This document shows positions 30,507-40,598 of a DNA stretch of 64,000 nt, piece after piece. The stretch is taken from the IMG/VR virus record IMGVR_UViG_3300028591_000103, positions 64,001-128,000 of that record; one strand, 5' to 3'. Position numbers and translations under genes: made by a program. Position 1 is the stretch's first letter. Each line of letters begins with the position of its first letter. Below the pieces are notes generated by a model that searched no databases, had not been told where the DNA came from, and was given only the letters and a program-made list of their open reading frames with translations. The stretch is from a virus (taxonomy: Duplodnaviria; Caudoviricetes).

Positions 30507-31130
30507 ATGGTAAGAATCAAATTAGCTTCAAGATCGGAATCAGATGTAACGAAGATGAAAGCAAAAGGATGGGTGATTAATGTTTTCAGAGAACGAAATG
30601 AACGGGATGATTTTGTCATCGCAGAAAGGGATGCAATCAATACACGATTCACATTGCAATTGGCGAAAGTGCCTCATACAGTTGAAGTGAAGAAATTCGT
30701 CAATGGTGAATTCATTGATTCGAAATTGTTCCATGATCCTGGTTGTGGATTGTCAGGGACATTATGCATCTCCGAAGGAAAGACGGTCACAACAACATAT
30801 GCATTCTTCAGAAATGAAATGCTGATGGAACTCATGGAACGATACGGATTGAAACGAATTGAATTCGCGAAAACGGATGCGGCAAAATTCGATAAGTTCG
30901 TATACGAAAACGATTTGAGTATGTATGGGAAAGGAGAAGGTAAACCAACATTGCCTCCATTCCATACGGATGGAACATACGAGGAAACAACACCGCAGCA
31001 ACCGAATATGCGGAAGTTCCTTGTATCTGGAGCAACGTATGTATATGAATACAAGACATGTACATTGACAATTCCACAACAATACGACATTTGGAAACTG
31101 GACGAGTTATTGAAACATGTAACCGATTGA
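30507..31130 (+). CDS. Hypothetical early protein
   Basis: SD AAAGGAAGG, start MVRIKL. Confidence 0.75.
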   Translation: MVRIKLASRSESDVTKMKAKGWVINVFRERNERDDFVIAERDAINTRFTLQLAKVPHTVEVKKFVNGEFIDSKLFHDPGCGLSGTLCISEGKTVTTTYAFFRNEMLMELMERYGLKRIEFAKTDAAKFDKFVYENDLSMYGKGEGKPTLPPFHTDGTYEETTPQQPNMRKFLVSGATYVYEYKTCTLTIPQQYDIWKLDELLKHVTD

Positions 31131-31141
31131 GGTGATCATCA

Positions 31142-32299
31142 GTGGGAATAGAATATAATTATCCACTAGAGCAATTGGACAAACTGGTTGTGATGGTGTA
31201 TCAAGAAGGAAGGACACCATTATTGCCAGACGCACTCAAACAGGAAGTTGCATTAAGGTATCAAGAATTACAACACATGGATGATGACGAAGACGAGGAT
31301 GAAGATTATCGCACTGCGGTTCAACAACACGAAGATGCAATGCGGAAGATTGAAGAAGAACGAAGAAAATCTCATTCTCGTAATGTTATAATTCTTGAAT
31401 TGACAGAAGAGGAAAAACGGGAACTCCATGAAGGAATGTCCGCTTCATATGTAAGAAGCGATCCAAATTCCGAATATAATATGTCTGATGATGATATGAA
31501 TGCGGATGCAGAACGAAAAGCAATTTATAAAAGCTTGCGGTCTATTGGCAAGATTTATTATCATCAGGAAGATTATCGGAATGCAATCAATATTATTCAT
31601 CGAGCGATTGAATATTCTTTGCGCAATGATTATCCGTGGCTAACATTTGAAGAAGCATGTGAAGAATTCAAAGAGGGAAGAATCAAATATACATTCGCAC
31701 AACTTCCGTTGTTGTATATTGATTATAATACTCAAATTACAGATCCGAAAGTATTGGCGGGAATCGTGTCTGGTGAGATTCATCTGATTGATAAGGATCA
31801 AGAACCTGTCAAGAAGAAGAAAGTCAAATCGAAACCAGTCGATGCAGATTATACAATCATCGGACCGGAAGAACATGCGGAATATGTCAAGATTCACAAT
31901 GCTGGATACAATACTCCGATTTCCACCATTCTCAAATCTTGTTCCACAATTTACAACCGGTATGTCATTCCATCATCATTACAATTCGGATCCAGCCAAC
32001 AGAAAGAGCTTCCTACAGTGGACTGGACACAACCCGGTGCAGGTCAAGCATATTTCGATGCGTTGCATAATATCCAACATAATACAGTATCCGATGTTGT
32101 ATCATTCCTTAATGAGCAAAATGATAAGAAACTGAATCATGTCATCGGAAATGGAATGAGAGAATTCACACATGCTTGGGGACCAAAACAAGAAACATCG
32201 TTCAAAACATTGTCGACATCTTTGGAGCATCATGATAAAGCGGTTGAAATTGAGAATAGGATTCTCGAGATGATGCGACAGACTAATCCGCAATTATAA
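31142..32299 (+). CDS. Hypothetical protein (385 aa)
   Basis: GTG start after GAGGTG. Confidence 0.8.
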   Translation: MGIEYNYPLEQLDKLVVMVYQEGRTPLLPDALKQEVALRYQELQHMDDDEDEDEDYRTAVQQHEDAMRKIEEERRKSHSRNVIILELTEEEKRELHEGMSASYVRSDPNSEYNMSDDDMNADAERKAIYKSLRSIGKIYYHQEDYRNAINIIHRAIEYSLRNDYPWLTFEEACEEFKEGRIKYTFAQLPLLYIDYNTQITDPKVLAGIVSGEIHLIDKDQEPVKKKKVKSKPVDADYTIIGPEEHAEYVKIHNAGYNTPISTILKSCSTIYNRYVIPSSLQFGSSQQKELPTVDWTQPGAGQAYFDALHNIQHNTVSDVVSFLNEQNDKKLNHVIGNGMREFTHAWGPKQETSFKTLSTSLEHHDKAVEIENRILEMMRQTNPQL

Positions 32300-32374
32300 T
32301 CACGGAATGATAATATGTGGCATCTGTGTCCGGTGTCACATATGTGAATTTCTTCATTCCTTTCAAATGGATTA

Positions 32375-32410
32375 TGGTGGGGCTTTCGCCCCACCACTTT
32401 CCTTTTTTTT
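32375..32410. terminator. Terminator between convergent genes
   Basis: TGGTGGGGC-TTTC-GCCCCACCA plus T-tract. Confidence 0.8.
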
Positions 32411-35400
32411 TATTTGATTTGAATAGGAGGTGTATTCGGAATCGTGGATATCAACCATTTGTTTTCAAATGAATCATCAATCCGAATTCGAATACCAGAA
32501 CGGAGGAATGGGAATATTTTCAGAGTGTTTGCAGTATCATCGATTGCAGAATTCTGATAATTCGAGATATACAATGTGAAACAGTAATCTGTGATTCCGG
32601 ATGTATAAATCTCGAAACCTTCGCCTTCTTCCAGTTTCCTCACATGTAATCTCTGTACCTGTCTGTCTTTAATGTCATAATCACTGAGATGTGATAATTT
32701 GATACTACCATTCAGACGTTCCCGTTTCCATACCAAATCGTACTGCTCCAACAATTTCCGGTTGGAATATTCCATAAATCCCATTGATGTCGAAGTCAGA
32801 TGGTAAATCGGAACACCATTGATTGTTGGAATATGATGAAGTTGATTATATGATACAGGATCATCACCAGTATCAGCGTTGATATTATCCAGAATATCCG
32901 GTTCCACATCAACATTGTTTGAACGTCTGATATCATCTGTCAGATATTCATCAATACCATATTTTGTATTCAAGTTGAAAATATACTGAACAGATTCATC
33001 CATGACGTTTGCATGACGTTTCAGAATTTCATAGTATGATCCATATACATTTCCATCCAGGTCAATATACATATTACCCTTTGGGAATAATTTGGAATCC
33101 ACCACATCATCAACCAATTCGACGATATCAAGATTCCGCAATGATGTCAGGTTTCTTAATTGCAAGGAAGTTGGTGATAGAATAATGATATCATCCGGAT
33201 CAGAAATGAATCGACCATTCACCCAGAATTCATAACGATCACGAGACAACGGTGTTGCAATGTATCCTGTTAAGTCAATGATTCCATCTTCTGGAATTGA
33301 TTGAGAAGCATATCGACAGATGCCAATATAATTCGTACGAATCGTATTCACATCTTGATTCAGAGCCAGATCAATCGTCAAACGTTCTCTGAATGTATTC
33401 TTGAAGATATTTCCAACAGGATATCTCAGTTCCTTTTCTTTGTCATAATACACGGTAAACAAATCATTGTCACCGAGATTATATGGAGATACATCATGAT
33501 CTGTATCGAGTTGATAATGATTCTGGAGATAAACCTCCATTGTTTGTAAATCAACATCCGGATCTTTCGGAACGAGAATCACTTCATCTGGTATCAAACG
33601 ATGTTTGATATTCGAAAAACCTTTCCAATCTTCAAATTCTTCAAGTTTAACCCAATCCGCATAATGTGTTAATGGAATTGACGCATGTGACATATGAACC
33701 GTAATGACTCCTCCAGACATTGGATGAGAAGGATCCGGCTTGATGTAACATACAAAATCTGCATCAACATATTCGTCAGCGGTTGTCTCAAGTACACGAA
33801 TACTCGGAGATCCTTCGGTTCCTGTGATCAATGCAGTGAACATAACAGACGAAGCAATCCCGTTGAATTCCGCATTCGCATTGTTATTCACACATGCTAA
33901 TGTAACATATGTGTCAGAAGCAAATCCATCGAACATACGGATGATTGATGTATTGAATTTCGGAATCTGAATATCGGGATCGGTTGTGATGTTTGATATC
34001 GGATGTTTGACATAGATATCGAAATCATCATAATCAAATGTCGTTTGATCATTCTTCGCCATCATATCACAGAATCGAATCGGTGAACCTGTGGTGAATA
34101 ATCCACTGCGAGATGGACGTTTGAACATGATCGCTGATTCAATTCCAGAAGCTTCCAAGAAATCCTCCGGAACATCTTCCAATTCAGCAGGATAATAGAT
34201 TTCGTTTTCGTCATAATGTTTTCTCAAACGAATTTTGTCATATGGATTATGTGATTCTGTCTGTTGTTTATCCAATGCTAACACCGGTCTGAATCGCACT
34301 TTACAATTCATTCCACTCATTGTGATATCATCAAAGATATCTGAATGATCATACACATAATAGATCAAGATCTTTTTCGATGTATAACTTTGATCGGTGA
34401 ATTCAATGATCAATTGTGTCAAAACATTCATTGTCCAGTCATATGTTGGATCATCATCGAAGTGTGCATGATTTGCACCAGATTCAACAACGGAACGCAC
34501 ACTGTATTCTGATGGATCCAACCAACGTTTGTGTTCCCAGTCATACAATCTGACTTCGACTTGATCTGTATATGGTAGATCCTGAATATGTGGACGGAAT
34601 GTATGGTCTAATTTTGCACGACCATTTGAGATATACACCATTGCAGCATCGTATGTGATTACATTATACCATGTAGAAGGTGTTTCCAAATAAGCCATAT
34701 ACAAAGTCAAACGGTCTTGGAATTCTACCTGATACTGATACTTCAATGTCAGATCGGATATTTGTGTTTCAATTTTACGTTTTTCGGCAACTGTCTTGGC
34801 TTGTGACATTTGATATGATAAACTACGAATTCTACCTTGCATGTCATGAATCGTTTTGATTGTCTCATTGAATAAAGATGTATACTTTTTCTTTTCCTGA
34901 TCATAAATCAGACTCTTCCGTTCTCTATCCCATATATTATGATCATTCGGTTCATGACGCAATAACGGGTATAATTCCGGATTTGTCAATGGATTGAAAT
35001 CATGACGGATTGTATTGATAATCATGATATGACCAAGTTGTGAAGTTTGCATCAGATCTCCAGAACCGATGTAAACAAAATGATGTTTTGGATCAATTGT
35101 TTCATCCAAACGATTCGGAATCTCATCATGAAACATCCAATTCAAACGGGTGTACACATAATCGGAATTTGTTTCGACGAAGATAGGATCACCCGGTAAT
35201 GAATAACAATCAATGAAATCATCTGCGGGAACATGTGCCGCTGTTGATAATGGTGGGATTGGATAGAATTCACCATCCCATTCGGAAAATTCATCCAAGA
35301 AATTCCGAATGTTATCATTCACGATTGTACATGTCACATCCGTCGTGAGGTATTTCTCCATCACAACAGGATCGGTTGTGTGGAACCATCGTGCATGATG

Positions 35401-38400
35401 TTCATCCACCTTCAGTTCCAATATTCCGTGGTTCTGCGAATGATTGATCGATGTAATTGTCATTGGGAATAAACTCAAACCATCATCTGTGTAGGCATAT
35501 ACAGTTTGTCCAACAAAATACTTTCCACCCAATGAAGGTAATGTCACACCAACAACCTCGTTATGATATACATGACACGGTTTGAAGAACATTTCTTTCG
35601 TTGGTCTGTTAGATTGATCAACAACAGACAATGTATTCATTCTTGCACAAGACAAATACAATTTATCCCAAGGACCTTGTAAATTTGCTTCACGTGGAGG
35701 ATTACAATATTCCGAAAGATGTGTCAATGGAATGAAATGATTTCCACATAATAATTCATAATGTAATTCTGCATGACGAACATTGACAACGTCATCATGA
35801 TCGTTTACATCGAATCTTTCATGAACATTCATGACTTCCATTGGAATACATTGTAAACCGGAATACCGTTCAAATGTCTTCAGTATATCGGAAGAGATTG
35901 ACACTTTCGTGAATGTGAAATTGTATGTGTATGTATTTATGGCATTTCCATTCTTGTCATAATATTTTACGCTCTTTTGCCATTGTGCATACAGGTTTCC
36001 ATTTACAAATGCATTTTCACATGTTGGTACAAGTCGCAATACACGATAACCGGTTCCGGCAATGTGCTCGTAATCAACATGAAGTGTGACTGTATAATGT
36101 CCTTGTTGATCATTCTGAACATCTGGGAATTGTACAAGAGGACTTGTTTTCTCGATCAGAAGTTCTGCATAAGCTGGAGGTGCACCCAATATACTTGGTT
36201 GTGGTCGTGTTGTCAAATCGACAGCATCCATCACATAGAAATCGAAGATGTAATTCTTCATGACGTCATTACAATAATCGACCAACAGTTGGAGGAATTG
36301 ATTTGCTTGTGATGAAGAATCATAGAATGAATCGATCACTTCTTTTGTTACATCAAACTGATTCACACCATCCGGTTCACCGAGTAATTGTGTAGTTACC
36401 ATCAGATTCAAATGAGCTGCCCAGAATTCCAATTTGTGTTTTGTCGCATCATCAACGACATTTGGATTATCGTCATAATACATTGACATTTGTATCAGCA
36501 TCATTCGATCCAATGTTTCTGCCCATTGTCTGTATTCATGCAGACTCATCGGTTGATTCATCTTCTTCAGTTGTAAATACAATCGTCTGATTCTACGAAC
36601 CGCTACACTCTTGAATCCAGTACATTCGTATACTTTCCTCATGCACATCAATACCTGGTTTACAAGATATTGAATCGTGTATGGATCATAACCAATCTGA
36701 GACAATCTTGTCAATTGTTCAATTTGAATCTGTAACGTGTTTACAACATTCAACATTGGATTCAACAGCGAACCAAGCAAGAAGTAGTTTGCAACCATCA
36801 ATGTGCTTGGATGATGTGCTTGTAATGAACCACCCTGCGAATCAACATAGGCTTTCATCTTCTTGCAAGTTCTGTCAATGACTTTTCGATATGAATCGAT
36901 TCTGGTTTGTGTGTTCCATATCGATTTATAATCCGTCGTAAAATCATTGATCACATCATAGATTTCCGCCAGGAAAATAGAAACGATATTTGCAACACGT
37001 GCATCATCATAATACGATAATACTTCAGAATCGTATGAACCGAATTGGATGTAATGATCATGATCCAATTCATCTTGCATGACATAATTGTATTTTGTGT
37101 CATTTTCGTATACATTGAATACGAATGGATATCTTACACCAACATCCTGAGGAGATTCAAACATATCATGATTTGCATCCAATGGATATTGCATTCCAGC
37201 ATATGTTGTTACACCCTCGACGTCAGGGAATACACACAATTCTTTGTCATCAGAAGATAATGCAGATGGAGGTAAATGAATCACGGAATAATTGATTTTT
37301 TCTTTGGGAAGATCCATATTGATTTCGGATAACTTCAAATCCGCATAACGTGGATAGAACTTTTTCCGAGTTACCATATACATCAAATAATGCGCGAGTT
37401 TATCTTCATTGCCTTGCATCATGGACAATGTATAGAATAAGAAATTCAATGCAAATGGGGCACGATATGATTCTTCGGTATAATCAACAACATTATCCGT
37501 CATTGCATTCGAGAACTCATAGTTCATCTCAGATGGATATTCCAAGAAAATATCACCATCTATTTTTTGTTTCATGATTTTAGACAGAATGGATATTTCC
37601 GTGTTCATATCATGTTTCTGATAATAAATCTTGGAGAGTTTCATCAGCTGATTCTCGACATACCAATATTTGACATAACCGATATGACGATCAACTTCTT
37701 TTGTGAATGCATCGAAATCTCTGAATTCAATATCTGTCAGATTATCAGTCTTCAATTCAACCGGATTCTCCGTGTCTGTATACAAGAAGAAAAACTTAAA
37801 GAGCTCATCACCACGAAGATTATCATTAACATAGAAGACATTTTCGATTCCTTTGAAATGTTTGATATCAGGTACATCGAATATCCAACACGGAATATCA
37901 TCATCATGATTATATTTCAATGCGATGAAGCACTGTTCGGCCACAGGACGATTGATTCTGTAATCATCTTTATCCGATGATGTGAAATAGTTCGGATACA
38001 TGATATCATATGTACCGAGTGTTGAGAAAGGTGGTCTGTATAATGGTGCTAAAACGGCTTTCAAGAAGATGTCATAATTATCACCATATAACATGTCAAT
38101 GTCAACACGCTGGACACCATTCCAACTTGGATCTGCATGTGTCAACTCATCCAGATCCAATAAGAACTTTTCAAATTCTCTCAGATATTCCATATTGATC
38201 AATGATGTAATGATCGCACCATTGTAATATGTCTCATAACATTTCCTCAGTAATTTCAGCAGATACTTTGCAGGATTGATGACATGCTTCGTATAGTATT
38301 GACGTGCATCTGTATCAGTATATTTGATATTGCGTTCATGACCGAGATCCAGTACATCATTCTTGTACGATTTCATTGTATCAATCAATGCATAACATTG

Positions 38401-39576
38401 ACGAAGTGTGTGGAATGAAGCAATATTCTTTCCAACACGATTCAATGAAATTGGCGGTGTACAAATTGGAAGATGCTCATCCACATATGTATTTTGTGAA
38501 TGGATTCTACCACCATATTCGTTTGTCACATGATTGTATTGATCATCATAAACATACTGTGTTCCCATCATATCCAGATAGTTTACTGCAGGGAATACTC
38601 CGGACACTTCATGGAAATGTTTGATCATATAGATACGGACATGAGCTTTCTCCGATTTATACCGTTCGAAGTCAACGGTTGTTTTTTCTTGCATGTTTGT
38701 AATAGCACAACCATTTCCTGTCATACTACCAAAGTTCGGAGAAATCATAATCTCTTTACTGACGATTGAGTCAGAGATCTGAACAATACATCTGCATCCA
38801 TTGAACTGTGATCCAACACCCTGGATTCCCATATCACTATAACGAATCACAGGATTGGCTACGTTCAATTTGGTAATCGGTATTTCAAAATCCAGAACCT
38901 TTGATCCATCCAGTTTGTAGATTGTGAATGTAACGTCGGCAGCATATCTCCATCCGATTTTAAAACGGAAGCCCTTTTCATCAATACCGACATACCAGTC
39001 ATCGGACATATAACCATTCGTACAACAAATGACTGTGAATTTCAGAATCGAAGACATTTCGTCCGATAAGAATCGTGCTGCTGGAATATATTGGCGATTC
39101 TCTGTTTCATAAAATGCATGAAGTTTCTGACGAACAAATTCATCACGTTCTCCAAAATGCATTTGATCGAAAGGTACATCTACGATGTAATAGTGATTGA
39201 ATTTATCTCGACAAACATGTTTCTTGTCTGTCTGAGGATATTGGGCAATGACAGCATGTGTATTTACGAGCATCTTACTCATTGCATTCTGCAATGATTT
39301 ACGATACGTTTCTGCGAGAGATTTATCCAGATCTTCGAAGGTATAATTTGATCGCTCCATCAAATCAACCAACATCTGGAATCCCATATTATTTCCGACA
39401 ACGTTATATGGTTGCTCGGTTAATAACATGGATGATGGTTCCATTTCTATCAGTTTCTGATATCGCTGATAAATGTTCTTCCATTTGGTATCATTGTATG
39501 TCTCATGACCTTTTCGTATGCCGGTCATGTACTGATGGAAATGATGAAACCAATCATGGTAATTCATGATAGCCAT
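32410..39576 (-). CDS. Very large probable virion structural protein (2388 aa, baseplate/tail-associated)
   Basis: Single ORF with its own late promoter; C-terminal YEFWVNGRFI beta repeats; function inferred from context. Confidence 0.7.
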   Translation of the reverse strand: MAIMNYHDWFHHFHQYMTGIRKGHETYNDTKWKNIYQRYQKLIEMEPSSMLLTEQPYNVVGNNMGFQMLVDLMERSNYTFEDLDKSLAETYRKSLQNAMSKMLVNTHAVIAQYPQTDKKHVCRDKFNHYYIVDVPFDQMHFGERDEFVRQKLHAFYETENRQYIPAARFLSDEMSSILKFTVICCTNGYMSDDWYVGIDEKGFRFKIGWRYAADVTFTIYKLDGSKVLDFEIPITKLNVANPVIRYSDMGIQGVGSQFNGCRCIVQISDSIVSKEIMISPNFGSMTGNGCAITNMQEKTTVDFERYKSEKAHVRIYMIKHFHEVSGVFPAVNYLDMMGTQYVYDDQYNHVTNEYGGRIHSQNTYVDEHLPICTPPISLNRVGKNIASFHTLRQCYALIDTMKSYKNDVLDLGHERNIKYTDTDARQYYTKHVINPAKYLLKLLRKCYETYYNGAIITSLINMEYLREFEKFLLDLDELTHADPSWNGVQRVDIDMLYGDNYDIFLKAVLAPLYRPPFSTLGTYDIMYPNYFTSSDKDDYRINRPVAEQCFIALKYNHDDDIPCWIFDVPDIKHFKGIENVFYVNDNLRGDELFKFFFLYTDTENPVELKTDNLTDIEFRDFDAFTKEVDRHIGYVKYWYVENQLMKLSKIYYQKHDMNTEISILSKIMKQKIDGDIFLEYPSEMNYEFSNAMTDNVVDYTEESYRAPFALNFLFYTLSMMQGNEDKLAHYLMYMVTRKKFYPRYADLKLSEINMDLPKEKINYSVIHLPPSALSSDDKELCVFPDVEGVTTYAGMQYPLDANHDMFESPQDVGVRYPFVFNVYENDTKYNYVMQDELDHDHYIQFGSYDSEVLSYYDDARVANIVSIFLAEIYDVINDFTTDYKSIWNTQTRIDSYRKVIDRTCKKMKAYVDSQGGSLQAHHPSTLMVANYFLLGSLLNPMLNVVNTLQIQIEQLTRLSQIGYDPYTIQYLVNQVLMCMRKVYECTGFKSVAVRRIRRLYLQLKKMNQPMSLHEYRQWAETLDRMMLIQMSMYYDDNPNVVDDATKHKLEFWAAHLNLMVTTQLLGEPDGVNQFDVTKEVIDSFYDSSSQANQFLQLLVDYCNDVMKNYIFDFYVMDAVDLTTRPQPSILGAPPAYAELLIEKTSPLVQFPDVQNDQQGHYTVTLHVDYEHIAGTGYRVLRLVPTCENAFVNGNLYAQWQKSVKYYDKNGNAINTYTYNFTFTKVSISSDILKTFERYSGLQCIPMEVMNVHERFDVNDHDDVVNVRHAELHYELLCGNHFIPLTHLSEYCNPPREANLQGPWDKLYLSCARMNTLSVVDQSNRPTKEMFFKPCHVYHNEVVGVTLPSLGGKYFVGQTVYAYTDDGLSLFPMTITSINHSQNHGILELKVDEHHARWFHTTDPVVMEKYLTTDVTCTIVNDNIRNFLDEFSEWDGEFYPIPPLSTAAHVPADDFIDCYSLPGDPIFVETNSDYVYTRLNWMFHDEIPNRLDETIDPKHHFVYIGSGDLMQTSQLGHIMIINTIRHDFNPLTNPELYPLLRHEPNDHNIWDRERKSLIYDQEKKKYTSLFNETIKTIHDMQGRIRSLSYQMSQAKTVAEKRKIETQISDLTLKYQYQVEFQDRLTLYMAYLETPSTWYNVITYDAAMVYISNGRAKLDHTFRPHIQDLPYTDQVEVRLYDWEHKRWLDPSEYSVRSVVESGANHAHFDDDPTYDWTMNVLTQLIIEFTDQSYTSKKILIYYVYDHSDIFDDITMSGMNCKVRFRPVLALDKQQTESHNPYDKIRLRKHYDENEIYYPAELEDVPEDFLEASGIESAIMFKRPSRSGLFTTGSPIRFCDMMAKNDQTTFDYDDFDIYVKHPISNITTDPDIQIPKFNTSIIRMFDGFASDTYVTLACVNNNANAEFNGIASSVMFTALITGTEGSPSIRVLETTADEYVDADFVCYIKPDPSHPMSGGVITVHMSHASIPLTHYADWVKLEEFEDWKGFSNIKHRLIPDEVILVPKDPDVDLQTMEVYLQNHYQLDTDHDVSPYNLGDNDLFTVYYDKEKELRYPVGNIFKNTFRERLTIDLALNQDVNTIRTNYIGICRYASQSIPEDGIIDLTGYIATPLSRDRYEFWVNGRFISDPDDIIILSPTSLQLRNLTSLRNLDIVELVDDVVDSKLFPKGNMYIDLDGNVYGSYYEILKRHANVMDESVQYIFNLNTKYGIDEYLTDDIRRSNNVDVEPDILDNINADTGDDPVSYNQLHHIPTINGVPIYHLTSTSMGFMEYSNRKLLEQYDLVWKRERLNGSIKLSHLSDYDIKDRQVQRLHVRKLEEGEGFEIYTSGITDYCFTLYISNYQNSAIDDTANTLKIFPFLRSGIRIRIDDSFENKWLISTIPNTPPIQIK

Positions 39577-39602
39577 AAAGATAGACTCCTTTCATTGAAA
39601 GT

Positions 39603-39614
39603 TACAGAACCGTT
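39603..39614 (-). promoter_or_regulatory. Putative late promoter AACG-N6-TA
   Basis: AAAACGGTTCTGTAA. Confidence 0.65.
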
Positions 39615-39616
39615 TT

Positions 39617-39634
39617 GTGGGGCCTAAGCCCCAC
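39617..39634. terminator. Hairpin between divergent promoters
   Basis: GTGGGGC-CTAA-GCCCCAC. Confidence 0.6.
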
Positions 39635-39658
39635 GTCACGAAACCTGTTTTTCATATA

Positions 39659-39677
39659 TATATAATTAATATGAATA
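39659..39677 (+). promoter_or_regulatory. Putative early promoter
   Basis: TATATAATT-AATA-TGAATA. Confidence 0.6.
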
Positions 39678-39837
39678 GAAGAAATCCATGGTGGATCGAA
39701 AGGAGGTGATAGATATGACAAATGTCGTAATCATCACCGTTCCTGTAGACACTGAAATCATTTGTGAGTAATGATTAAGAGTGACGAGCCCCCAAATTTA
39801 TTTGGAACGTCAGAAACCATGGATTTCTAATATTCAT
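39671..39837 (+). ncRNA. End-paired structured RNA enclosing a minigene
   Basis: AGAAATCCATGGT (39680-92) pairs with ACCATGGATTTCT (39816-28); ATGAATA pairs with TATTCAT; inner hairpin 39782-39812. Confidence 0.55.
39715..39771 (+). CDS. 18-aa peptide MTNVVIITVPVDTEIICE
   Basis: Full SD AAAGGAGGTGAT just upstream; TAA TGA double stop. Confidence 0.55.
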   Translation: MTNVVIITVPVDTEIICE

Positions 39838-39906
39838 TAAAGAAAGAGTCTTTAAGACTCAATAAATATTTTAAACTCCGCAAGGAGAGAAAGTGAAGGT
39901 ATTAAA

Positions 39907-40461
39907 ATGAAAAACATGAATTCTAAAATCAACGAGAACCTCGATACTCTTAAGTCTCTGGCGTTCGATGCCAGAAATGCTCTCATGGAAATGAGAGCAA
40001 CATTTGTCGCATGGAATGAGGAAGCATTCCGTGCGATCGTCATGGAAGACGCTGAACTCACAGAGGGGCTTATCAATGAGCTCCGCGAATGCGGGTTCGA
40101 AACAGAATCCATTGATGACGGTCGCAAGATCGTCAGCGAGCTCATCGAAAATCTGGGCGAAACTGCCCGGGAAATGAATGAAGCTCAACGTGAACTGACT
40201 CTGCAGAATCTCGTCGGTGGCTCAACAAGAACCTGCTCGGAGTGTCATGCCCCGATAAACGACACCGACGAATATTGTCCGATTTGCGGTTCCAAGGAGG
40301 GTGCACTGAAGCCCTATGTAGAGCCGCGGAGAATTGAGTGTGTCACATGTAAATGCGGACGCACTTATGATCAAGAATATCGCTTCTGCCCGAGCTGTGG
40401 TAAAGCGAATTCTAAGCACAGCTTGAACAAAGAACCTGATGCATTCGACATATTCAAATGA
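39907..40461 (+). CDS. Helical protein with C-terminal double zinc ribbon
   Basis: CSEC..CPIC, CKC..CPSC. Confidence 0.8.
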   Translation: MKNMNSKINENLDTLKSLAFDARNALMEMRATFVAWNEEAFRAIVMEDAELTEGLINELRECGFETESIDDGRKIVSELIENLGETAREMNEAQRELTLQNLVGGSTRTCSECHAPINDTDEYCPICGSKEGALKPYVEPRRIECVTCKCGRTYDQEYRFCPSCGKANSKHSLNKEPDAFDIFK

Positions 40462-40558
40462 TTGTGCCGAATGCTACATAATTCGGAGTCCCGCACAGTA
40501 GGAGGTTCAGCTCCAGAGATTCCTGTGCGGGATGAAAAGATTGAAAAGGAGATGAAAT

Positions 40559-40598
40559 GAGGGGCGCATCACGCGCCCCTCTATCATTATTTTTTTTT
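40559..40598. terminator. Terminator between convergent genes
   Basis: GAGGGGCGC-ATCAC-GCGCCCCTC plus T-tract. Confidence 0.8.
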
